Shown in pieces: positions 18,801 to 25,400 of a stretch of 64,000 nt of DNA (position 1 is the first letter of the stretch; every line of letters begins with the position of its first letter). The stretch is from Flavobacteriales bacterium. GTDB lineage: Bacteria > Bacteroidota > Bacteroidia > JACJYZ01. A model generated the notes under the pieces. The model was not told the DNA's origin. It made no database searches and saw only the letters and a list, made by a program, of their open reading frames with translations. The translations under genes were made by a program, and so were the position numbers. The stretch is from NCBI GenBank assembly GCA_020435415.1, contig JAGQZQ010000004.1, positions 6,234 through 70,233 on the forward strand, read 5' to 3'.

Positions 18801-21063
18801 CTACGGAGGTGAACACGCAGCTTTCGGAAAGGATGCTTTTGGTATGGCGCTGGATTATTACGACAACGACTACCAACGCAGCTACACCGATCTGGTCAGC
18901 GGCCTGAGCTCCGACGTCAGCTATTACAACGGCAACATCAAATCGCAACGCTGGCAGAATGCCTACGCCAGCGCTGCCCCGCCGACGGGTGAGCAGTGGA
19001 TGTACTCCTACAACTATGACCACCGCTACTGGATTACCGGCGCGGATTTCGGTACCTTTGATCAGGCGACCGAAATGAAAACAGGCACGGACAACTACAA
19101 GGTGTGGAACATCACCTACGACAAGAACGGCAACCTGCAAACCCTGAACCGCAACGGCTACGGAGGCACCCAAAGCATGGACGAGTTCACCTACCACTAC
19201 AATACCTTTGACCTGCATGGTCAGACCCGCACGGGCAACCGCTTGCAGAAGGTGGACGATCCGGTGACGGCAGGCAACTATTCCATGGACTATGATGACG
19301 AACATAGCGGTACAGACTATGTTTATAATGATATAGGCCAGCTGGCCGAAGACCTGGAAGAAGGACTTTACTATACCTACAACCTTGCCGGACAGGTGAC
19401 AGGTGTTTACAATGATGCCTCTCACACCTCCCCGAAGGTGACCTATGCATATGATGAAACGGGCTTCCGTATTCTGAAGACAGATCACAGCGGTCCGAAA
19501 TACACCTGGTATGCCCGTGATGCAAGCGGCAACACCCTGGCCATTTATGAACGTGACGGAGGTGATCTGGAACAAACGGAGATCTCGCTCTATGGTTCTG
19601 GCCGGTTGGGTATTTATGATGTAGGGCTTGAGGTGTATGTGTATGAACTGACGGACCACCTGGGCAATGTGCGGGTGACGGTGAGCGGCGAGAAACAGGA
19701 AGACGAGGAATTCTATTTTGAAGATTTTGAAGGGATTGATGAAGAAGCAGGCATTTGTGTGGATGGAACCTGGGCATCAGGTTCCGGTGTGACGGCGGAT
19801 CTGGTGGATGGCCCGGATGGTAAGCGCATGGATCTGGTCATCACTCCTGTGTTTGAAGGTATTCATTTCTCGATATCAACGGAAGTGGGTGAGGAGTATA
19901 TCATCCGCCTGGATGCGGACATGGTTTCCGGTGTCATTGGCATAGAACCACGCAAATGCGGCGCCTCCACGGATATCTTAGGTTACCATGCGATCACGGA
20001 TGGCGTGAATGAGATGACGTTTACCGCTCTGACCACGACCACACGCATCAAGTTCGTGAACTCATCGGCCAATCCATCGGAGGTCTATCTTGACAACCTG
20101 CTTATCACCGGCCCCGGCCTGGGTACCCAGGGTTACACGGCGGAGATCTTAAGCATTGCGGACTACTATCCCTTTGGCATGGTGATGCCGGGTGCCGAAC
20201 ACAGCTATGATAACGGTTACCGCTACACCTACCAGGGCCAGGAAGGGGAAGCGGAAAGTGGGGTGGAGATGGGAGCCTTCCAATACCGCGGTTTTGATAG
20301 CCGGTTGGGAAGATGGATGAACCCGGATCAGGCAAAGCAGTTTCATAGCCCGTATGTGGGGATGGGGAATGTGCCGATTGCGGGAGTTGACGGGGATGGA
20401 AGATATATTCATATAATTGGTGGGAATGAAGAACTACTATTGAATGCAATAAATTTATATAGTCAACTCCCAGGAGCTAATATAGGCAAATTAAGGGAGT
20501 ATATGACGAGTCCTACAAAGCATATCTATATTAAATTTGGTGTAATAGGAACTGCTGGAAGTACACTAAATTTACCAGTTGGAACAGAGGAACACTTTCG
20601 TACTGTTGGTGGATTTAATACAGAGATACGCAGTGATCAAGAGTATCACCTTATCAGAGTTAGTAGTAATTTTTTGGAGGAGAAAGATGCAAAGTATCAA
20701 GCTCTCCTTGTAACTTTTGTTTTGGCACATGAACTAGATGCCCATGTCTTCTCCAATTTCTGGGAAGATAGAAACAGAACGGTGGCTGAGACAGAGACGC
20801 TTGGGCATAATGCATATGGTAATCATGGAATAGCAAGATCACCTGATGGATATTTGTTAAAGGAAACCCGTGATTTGGCTACACTAACTGATGCTGGCTC
20901 GAAGGCTTACAATCAGCTTACACAATTGTTAACCTGGAATGCATCACCTGAACCTATTAGTAAAGTGATCTCAAAGCAGGTCCATTATGTCTTGGGGAAA
21001 ACGATATTGTTAACCCAGCCGAGAAGAATTGTTAAAGTTCAGAATTTACCTAAATATAGATAA
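9883..21063 (+). CDS. Giant secreted RHS/YD-repeat polymorphic toxin (3726 aa). Architecture: signal peptide; N-terminal domain; 16 tandem Cys-bracketed ~95-aa domains; YD/RHS repeat shell; RHS core; variable low-GC C-terminal toxin domain.
   Basis: YD repeats are present (YDRAGRLSSI, YDRFGRLVESGEY, YSYDEQGRVEW, YEYDKDNRLSEV, YTYNINGWLKAINHPD). An RHS core-like end reads DYYPFGMVMPG ... YRGFDSRLGRWMNPDQAKQFHSPYVGMGNVPIAGVDGDGRY. The final ~215 aa are encoded by AT-rich DNA. Confidence 0.85.
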   Translation: MMFLTTIYQRFLICLGCFFLLTGPVQAQLSNNGARIKLYHGVKLQVHGDVVNKKSGEFDLRGTLRLKGDWTNNADNPGFSDQSGNGAVEFFGGYKQYVTGVTPTEFYKLRLGKSDNAVEADTTITIMDSLLLSGGVLITSASNYLIMNDDAGATGGNGSSFVQGPMKKIGDEAFTFPLGRRDSYQPLVITAPASATDAYVAEYFDYEQDLGFEKDDSLNYLSTCEFWNLNRTSGSSDVTITLGWNTNSCDISKSSDVRIAYWQGDSIWANLGIGSTSGDADNGTIQSPAAVTAFGSFTLASVIPTTNLQSAFCDMAGLTLSDTLLADTVSGVTSYEFYIFDSTGFARYVVRDDVSLPLSLVSGLKYGSTYQVQVRVLVGEKLGAYGDTCDIIFDEFAPTSLTSTWCDVDDVSIADTLQAQVVPGAKGYEFLVEDTATAATYSKTYVRNSRDGKLPLIAMDSLEYGITYRVAVRYFVGEDTITWGDTCHIELIDHPLTKLQSEWCPANDLTLADTVEAEIVPGALHYQFYFEDTATGATFTAEYTNDTYRLALDDVDGLEYGVTYLVTAKSIVGLDTSAYGDTCYIGLDIHPITKLQVQYCDSSGISIGDTLLADIVAGAEKYQFHLFKGGEIDTVYTRGNTDGKFPLSDIHALLFDSTYSIAVRTIVGTDTSAYGDTCMITLLDSVPVTILDENACYNYQLDFDDEVYAELVPGASVYQFKVENADSAYSETYTRENADGLLDLNELTDLEYNVLYDVIVRAAINNDTAQWGDTCRIKLLPRTQLITDDCDKLMNLQDSLVADTVPLGTGYEFTFIDDTTNFRLSYVIDATHGILVLDSVEGLRYNKTYQVLVRTIVESDTANYGDTCSLMLIEQPLTKLITEDCDVTDFVMSDTLEADPVVGATSYVFFFEDTNSVDTTGYIGKVVVDSTDAVLPLLQATGLEYGATYYVRVAPIVGSYEGEYGDTCLVTFIEHPLTNINETWCDVEDITLADTLQAEEVDGAHTYQFFVWDTAAAGTYTETFYRYSYDGLLPLHDLDSARYGITYGVKVATVVGADTSAYGDTCYFGLTDLPVTQLTDYWCDSIGVSMADTLEAEAIGGAKTYIFFFEDTVTASEFMVSDTIFDDTPRIPLLDVPGLKYATTYAVSVKAVIGGDTTAFGDTCLVSMFDSIPVTKLHDSFCDSLNISRDAIVYSDLVVGADQYLFMLVDTAADDTLSYIRPYGDGKLILADVEGLANPVTYAVRVRVVMDEDTAQFGGTCYLRTDTATQLAALYCDTMNAGITDTLYADLLTGATAYGFILADTASSFTTTWWRDDTDGMLPLGEVDSLEYGTVYEVRVRAVLGGDTTYYGSTCTISIESHPVTKLSTTWCDATDVEIGDTLQVDTIAKASAYLFAIEDTVTGQEFKAFHMRDSSDGKLPLVDVEGLTYGRTYLVSVQSIVGEEISAWGDTCEITLIEHPTTQLNIFWCDSNDISLSDTLAADIVPGASIYEFVIEDTVTGATYTQTHFRNDADGLLILADVDSMTYGHTYRVFIRTYAGDDTSAYGDTCHIGIIDHPTTQLQEQWCDSSGVALNDTVTADTVGAAWRYEFAIMDSATAFATTYMNDDGNPLLFLGEVDSLFYKKTYLVAVRTYVAGDTSAWGDTCKIRTPDEVPSTTLTSTDCSKRDLSLDNVLSVDEIAGATRYLFELEDSATAELFTYIDSVGGGLVLGDIEDLGYGNAYDVYVKVVSGADTSDWGAACTIAMLADIPVTSLDAEGCYAVNLDTTDAVYAEPVTGATEYDFHIYNTDLAFDELYTDTTGAGILPLDSVSGWSYGYSYNVEVRSLVAGELSSYGGTCPITLLSDTTWHLFTWASSANVSIVDGDITKSGTDGDWTDAYAISEDSIDSGGDGYAEFSMTTETDTYIFGLSQSGAPYDSLDHAILIDSGEVFVMEAGINLGLMATAEAGDVLSIERIGSEVVYRNNGEAFYNSYPNTDLVLHVQIHLFNDGAEVGAIGGYETPGPAFPPCNLDMNWSSSRFFNGYGTGQGNVIAESKSISDYMGRPIQGLVKNMTENVVLAAEPMYDDLGRRVGQTLPAPINSSHLCYKQKFVVNPDGGKYNTNDFDNSDDHIAQAGTYGTVNNPRAVRGSAFDIGTLGWYYSDNNTLESHVDVSSYPYSRVEYDDNNPGQVKRVSAVGDELRMGKGREGVAFSMPASGELHYVFGYANGWTVDYFDTHGTPVAGNFQATYKVMKHISVDPNGIETVSFTDYDGKMVAACRSGSVDGANVRTQKVQESFQKGKRCIDIHLPEGCESSLELTSGQDLIYNILDLETDELVKVNGSVNFSGGKPYLDPGFYRIIHVTDYNDYSGALPVTYNLNYHDFTAYYYDRAGRLSSIIPPIGIDDTYDPKSVVVSKRKKSESFNAGSGMWGVSNKQAAGFTLDLATAVDPSGSSFANLVVTLSKSNVVISDPQNPGLTSGRLAFGTTTVNTVPSDVTGFGVIDEDDPLAQGPDPGCDCGPGAWCFTGSEAAAISDAENKCSRMGAWGKEAIAIDRGSGEWCLACGADKPIPEGPKYEIEVALYCNDAQGALIRDDLVFYAYHHEGKTPEWTFRSDPNSLGTNTAAVEWAVIDQDLMETTTQVYVKVVSMKEFDYTIGGKLETFDYDLLDGMKLSLNASVHNIPGLPQHAQATHFEYNSLGQQLSSVTPDEGKTEFVYRRDGQIRFSQDARQASEDKFTYFSYDRFGRLVESGEYESPSSGAGVYFQNHQGEHSAPGGCSPCTAATDASVLEVLDGLNDSYCSEVITTTFDVADDAGIASVNTELGSTYSQRYLLGKVSKTEKEGLSTTWYSYDEQGRVEWTAQQVEGMTTSGTGHKLLTTNYTYNRSGTVSEVEYQQESSGTDNERFVHLYEYDKDNRLSEVASRRYDQYGASLGDHAEATYAYYVHGPLKRTELGGDVQGIDYTYNINGWLKAINHPDLDAGKDPGRDGYGGEHAAFGKDAFGMALDYYDNDYQRSYTDLVSGLSSDVSYYNGNIKSQRWQNAYASAAPPTGEQWMYSYNYDHRYWITGADFGTFDQATEMKTGTDNYKVWNITYDKNGNLQTLNRNGYGGTQSMDEFTYHYNTFDLHGQTRTGNRLQKVDDPVTAGNYSMDYDDEHSGTDYVYNDIGQLAEDLEEGLYYTYNLAGQVTGVYNDASHTSPKVTYAYDETGFRILKTDHSGPKYTWYARDASGNTLAIYERDGGDLEQTEISLYGSGRLGIYDVGLEVYVYELTDHLGNVRVTVSGEKQEDEEFYFEDFEGIDEEAGICVDGTWASGSGVTADLVDGPDGKRMDLVITPVFEGIHFSISTEVGEEYIIRLDADMVSGVIGIEPRKCGASTDILGYHAITDGVNEMTFTALTTTTRIKFVNSSANPSEVYLDNLLITGPGLGTQGYTAEILSIADYYPFGMVMPGAEHSYDNGYRYTYQGQEGEAESGVEMGAFQYRGFDSRLGRWMNPDQAKQFHSPYVGMGNVPIAGVDGDGRYIHIIGGNEELLLNAINLYSQLPGANIGKLREYMTSPTKHIYIKFGVIGTAGSTLNLPVGTEEHFRTVGGFNTEIRSDQEYHLIRVSSNFLEEKDAKYQALLVTFVLAHELDAHVFSNFWEDRNRTVAETETLGHNAYGNHGIARSPDGYLLKETRDLATLTDAGSKAYNQLTQLLTWNASPEPISKVISKQVHYVLGKTILLTQPRRIVKVQNLPKYR
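10798..15420 (+). repeat. 16 diverged tandem coding repeats of about 285 nt, one domain each, with the pattern WCD...ADTL.A..V.GA..Y.F...DT......Y.....DG.LPL..VD.LEYG.TY.V.VR...G.DTSAYGDTC.I
   Basis: Read directly from the translation of 9883..21063. Every unit begins with a Cys (WCD / YCD / FCD) and ends with GDTC. Confidence 0.8.
20407..21063 (+). other. Variable C-terminal toxin (CT) module of the RHS protein, unassigned family
   Basis: It begins immediately after the RHS-core motif VDGDGRY. GC content drops abruptly at about 20400 and stays low through the next gene. It contains LAHELDAHVF, which is HExxxH and not the canonical HExxH. Confidence 0.6.
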
Positions 21064-21113
21064 ATAAAGATTTATTAATAATTGCTGTTAATGCAACCAT
21101 TTAATCGATAAGT

Positions 21114-21833
21114 ATGATGCGATATCTTTTGCTTTACATTATAATGCTCGGGGTACCATCGGTAAATTCAAATAATATTCAAAGACCATTTCCGCAGATG
21201 CCGGAACAGCAAACTTGTCTTTGTTATGTTTTTGTTCCACGAGCTGGTAGTGAGGATTTACTGAAAATAACAGAAATGCCCCTGTATTTGTCTAAAGAAC
21301 CTATGTTGTTGGGAGGGGATGTTTGGTATCCATTCCGTTTTGGAAATACTATAGAATTTAGATATGCACTAGATACTTCAGCTGTTTTGAGTGACTACAT
21401 TGATAGCATAGGTACAACCTACTTTCTTCGTCTTAATAATAATGTCGTTGAGTTTAGAGATGCTATTGGTGTACCTCCTGGTTTTACTGTTAACAGCCCT
21501 TTGCGCTTATTTGATTTTAATAATCCTGAACAGAAAACCGAACTTTTAGCAGTACCCTATCTTCGATATCATTTGCTTGAAAAGAATAGCATTATTTATG
21601 ATTATGCTTTGAAGGATACTTTGCATTTATACGATCTTAAAGGGTTTGAACAAGTGTATAAAAATAAGACAAATCATAGTGATAGTTCGAGCAATCAATA
21701 TTTAATAGGTCAAACTGCTGCATCAGTGGCACCATTGTTCGAAAAATTAGTTGTGGGTGAGAGGTATGGGGTGTTATATTTTGAATACACTTTTGATGGG
21801 GCAGTATATAGGTGTCAAAGTGCGAATCGTTAA
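21114..21833 (+). CDS. Candidate cognate immunity protein for the RHS C-terminal toxin (hypothetical, has a signal peptide)
   Basis: 239 aa, beginning 50 nt downstream of the toxin gene on the same strand. It shares the same low GC as the CT module. The N-terminus MMRYLLLYIIMLGVPSVNS looks like a signal peptide. Confidence 0.5.
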   Translation: MMRYLLLYIIMLGVPSVNSNNIQRPFPQMPEQQTCLCYVFVPRAGSEDLLKITEMPLYLSKEPMLLGGDVWYPFRFGNTIEFRYALDTSAVLSDYIDSIGTTYFLRLNNNVVEFRDAIGVPPGFTVNSPLRLFDFNNPEQKTELLAVPYLRYHLLEKNSIIYDYALKDTLHLYDLKGFEQVYKNKTNHSDSSSNQYLIGQTAASVAPLFEKLVVGERYGVLYFEYTFDGAVYRCQSANR

Positions 21834-21851
21834 GACGAAAAACCCTACGCT

Positions 21852-21874
21852 GGCGCGGATTTGCAATCCGCGCC
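21852..21874 (+). terminator. Perfect 10-bp hairpin (ggcgcggatt-tgc-aatccgcgcc) downstream of the immunity gene, with no U-tract
   Basis: Seen in the sequence. The missing T-run makes intrinsic-terminator function uncertain. Confidence 0.3.
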
Positions 21875-21965
21875 AAACGCTAGTGATGAATGGACAAATT
21901 AAATAACAAAAAAAGAAGAGTATATACATAATTAACTATGCTGATGTTACCATTGAAACCTGAGA

Positions 21966-22421
21966 GTGCCCCGGTTTTTAACAATGAGCACTATTGAAGC
22001 AATGAATATAGGAAATAGCATACGTGTTTTTGTTCCGGTTTTTATGCTGACGGTATCCTTTGCATACGCCCAGAATGATACCCCGGCAACCATCCCTTCC
22101 ACGGTAGCAGATACCGCACAGGCGGCGCAGGACCTGCCTGTGCGTGATAAGAGCGGGATGAGTGCTGAGGACTACCGTATTAAAGCACAAAAACAAAGAA
22201 AGACCGCCAATACATGGCTGATCATGTCCAGCGCGTTGAGTGGGTCATATGCCGCTATTCCGGGGGATATGTCCATGCAGTCTGTTTCAGATGGACAGGA
22301 AACCGCAAGGGTATTGTTCGGCATCGCCGCTTTCGGTGTGGCCATGGCATCGCTCATTCATTTTATAAGCGCTTCAGACAATAACAAGAAAGCAGATAAA
22401 CGAACTCCTGAAAATCCCTGA
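21966..22421 (+). CDS. Small hypothetical secreted/membrane protein
   Basis: 151 aa. It has hydrophobic N-terminal (VFVPVFMLTVSFAYAQ) and C-terminal (VLFGIAAFGVAMASLIHFI) segments and normal GC. Confidence 0.4.
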   Translation: MPRFLTMSTIEAMNIGNSIRVFVPVFMLTVSFAYAQNDTPATIPSTVADTAQAAQDLPVRDKSGMSAEDYRIKAQKQRKTANTWLIMSSALSGSYAAIPGDMSMQSVSDGQETARVLFGIAAFGVAMASLIHFISASDNNKKADKRTPENP

Positions 22422-22427
22422 AGTAAT

Positions 22428-25400
22428 ATGATCATACCTCGTTTTATTCGCCGTATCCTGGCGGTTGCCTTTGCTCTGGTCATGACCGAAGCGGCCGTAG
22501 CCCCCACCGTCTCCCTGGCACTTACCAACAATATGCATCAACAGGAATACGCAAATTACGAGAGTAATAGCTCTTCGGATATGGTCAACCTGATAACCGG
22601 TAACTTCACATGGTCTATACCCACCGTATTTGTACCCGGACCTGAAGGAGGTTTCTCTATGCCCTTGTCATATCACGGAGGTATTCAGACAAACCAGGAA
22701 GCATCCTGGGTGGGCTTAGGCTGGAGCCTCAATCCCGGAGCTATTGTAAGAAATATTTCTCAGTATCCGGATGATGCAGTCACCGAACGGCAACTGGTTA
22801 CGGCATGGGATCCGGGTGCAAATGGCTCGGTTGTTTCGATGCCCCTCTTTACTTTCACTAACCATTCCGAAGAAGGAACAGGCGTTTCAATAGGCCTGGG
22901 AAGTTTGGTCAGGGTCGGATTCGGTAACGATGCCGGATTGACTTTGGTGGGTGTAACATTGAATGATGAAGGTGTAAAGGTGGATCCCGTGGGTATAGCA
23001 ATGGCAGCTATGACGGTATTATCTGCCGGAGCTTCTGCGGCAGCCACGGTAGCAGCTGGCGCAACAACCTCTGCAGCGATAACAAGTGAAGTTATGGGTT
23101 TGGCAGTAAGTGAGTTTACCGGGATGGGATTGAACTCTCTCATGTCAGGCCGAACATCCAATATAGCCAACATGAACGGATGGAAATTCGAATCGAGCAC
23201 GAGGAATCCGCCCTTCTTTTCTTTGAGTGACTGGAAGTACTATCTGAACCTGAAAGCGGATCATACCATGAAGGGTTCCATGTACCTCGGAACGCATATT
23301 GCAGCACCGAATGCGCAGACTCCCAGTACCTATATACACCGGGGCGAACGTTTTGACTCTGACTACGAACCTGCCAAGCCTTTTGGAAGTTTTGAAGCCA
23401 GCGATATGCATATGACCGTGGAGGATTCTTATCATAAGTCCTATACTCCAACGAGCATTGCGTATGATAATTATAATGTAATGGGTGGTGGAATCAGCGG
23501 CTCGATTACACCATACAGACTGGATATAGGAACCCTGGCATTCCCTAATCAGGCATTGGATATCAGCAGGTATCAGCCGGTGAAGTTTAAGGAGGAGAAT
23601 TTTTACGGTGGCTTGGAATTCTGGGAAAATCCTGTACAGTTCAAGTACGTCGGCGAGGTGGCTAATGCTTACAGATATCATGCGGGAAGTGCACATGAAG
23701 AAACGTATGATACACGCTTTGTGGAATCCGATGACGATTTTTCAGGTATTGCATATGCCATTAACGATCCTGCAGGTACTAGGCCCAACATAAGAAATTA
23801 TAAAATCAGAGATGAATACGTATACAATGGTTATCAGGCAGAACCAGATCGCGCTCCTGCCGAGGGGTTAAAAAACAGGCATTTGGCCGGCGCAAGGCAT
23901 ATAAGTTATTTTACCAATAAGGAAATAGCGTCCGAATATGCCGTACAATTGGTCGATCTCACGGGTTTTGTGGACTTCCTTCCCCCGGAGAACGATCAGC
24001 ATTATATGAGCGGACAACAGCAAACAAGAGAAGAGTTCAGACAGTCTCTTCCGGTCGCAGGTATCGGTGGCTTTTCGATAACCAGGGAAGATGGCATGGT
24101 GTTCCACTATTCACTGCCTGTATATAATGTAAAGCAACATTCGTTATCAAAAAAAGGCACAGGTGATGGTAGCTTCTCAACGGTTTCTATGGATGAACCT
24201 TATGCGGTGACGTGGTTACTCACGGCCATCACCGGACCCGATTTTGTTGATCGGGGAGGTGGGTTGCTTAAGAAGGATGCCAACCATTATATTGATGAAC
24301 ATGATTGGGGTTATTGGGTTAAACTGGACTATGGCAGGTTTGCTTCACAATACAAATGGAGGTTCCCTTATTGGGGTTTTACGAATACGTCGGATGGGGC
24401 TTCTTATACCACAGGATTAAAAGAAACCTACTACCTGAATACGATCTCAACCCGTAGTCATACCGCACTGTTTATTAAAGATTTAAGAAAAGATGGCAGA
24501 GGGAGTTATAATATATATCAGCCCGATATTAACCCGAATATTAACGCTGCGTCCAGTTCAAAATATGATTATCCTGAGATATTACTTCCTTCGTCAAGTC
24601 TTAAACTAAAAGAAGTTATTGTTCTTAGAAACGAGGACTACCACTTGCTGACACAAGTTGGTGATGGAGGAAAAGGATTACACTGGGCGGTGGGGGCCGA
24701 GAATAACAGCAAGATTGAAAATGGAGATACCTTCGATTATGTGTTGGATAGCGAAGATATTACTTCGGACATTAGAATCTTTCTCAGATACAACCAATTG
24801 AGCAGGATAGAGTTTGAAATGGACTATTCATTATGCAAAGAAACACTGAATTCATTTGACCTGAATACGGCAGATCGTTCATGGATGGACGGAACCTTAC
24901 CTACATATACAGGGAAAGATGGTAAACTTACTTTAAAAGAGGTGAAAGTTTATGGCAGAAAGGATGTCCGGGCCATGCCTGCTTATAAATTCTATTACAG
25001 TGGTGAAAATCCGAACTATCGACTGAACCACTATGATGCCTGGGGAATGTATAAGCCCTCCGGAGAGAACCACATGGAAGGAAGACATCCGGAAAATGCA
25101 GGAATAGCATGGTCACTGACAAAGATAGAAACTCCGCTGGGCTCAACTGTTGAAATCGACTATGAGCGCGACACCTACAGCCAGGTGAGTGGCTATCCGG
25201 TTAAGATCAAAGTTCCCCTGAATGCGAGTAACTATAATAATAAGACAAAGACCGTCTTTTATTCGGCATATGGAGACTTAAAAGACGGTTTGCTGGAGGC
25301 TGGAGATGAAATTGAAGTTCATGCATTCGCAACTTGTAACCATGGTTTGCCTCAATCATTTGTGGTTAATCAAACCGTAACCGAGGTTGGAAATGATTAC

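Noticed and set aside
11089-19777. Many long minus-strand ORFs (up to 544 aa: 15616..17250, 18529..19659, 12355..13416, 13432..13968 and others) inside the giant rhs gene
   Set aside because: They are antisense to a clearly coding, repeat-rich gene. Their translations are Gly/His/Cys/Ile-rich low-complexity strings with no motifs.
20700-20760. Possible zinc-metallopeptidase HExxH motif in the toxin domain
   Set aside because: The sequence is HELDAH, with three residues between Glu and the second His, so it is not the canonical zincin HExxH. It is kept only as an unassigned motif.
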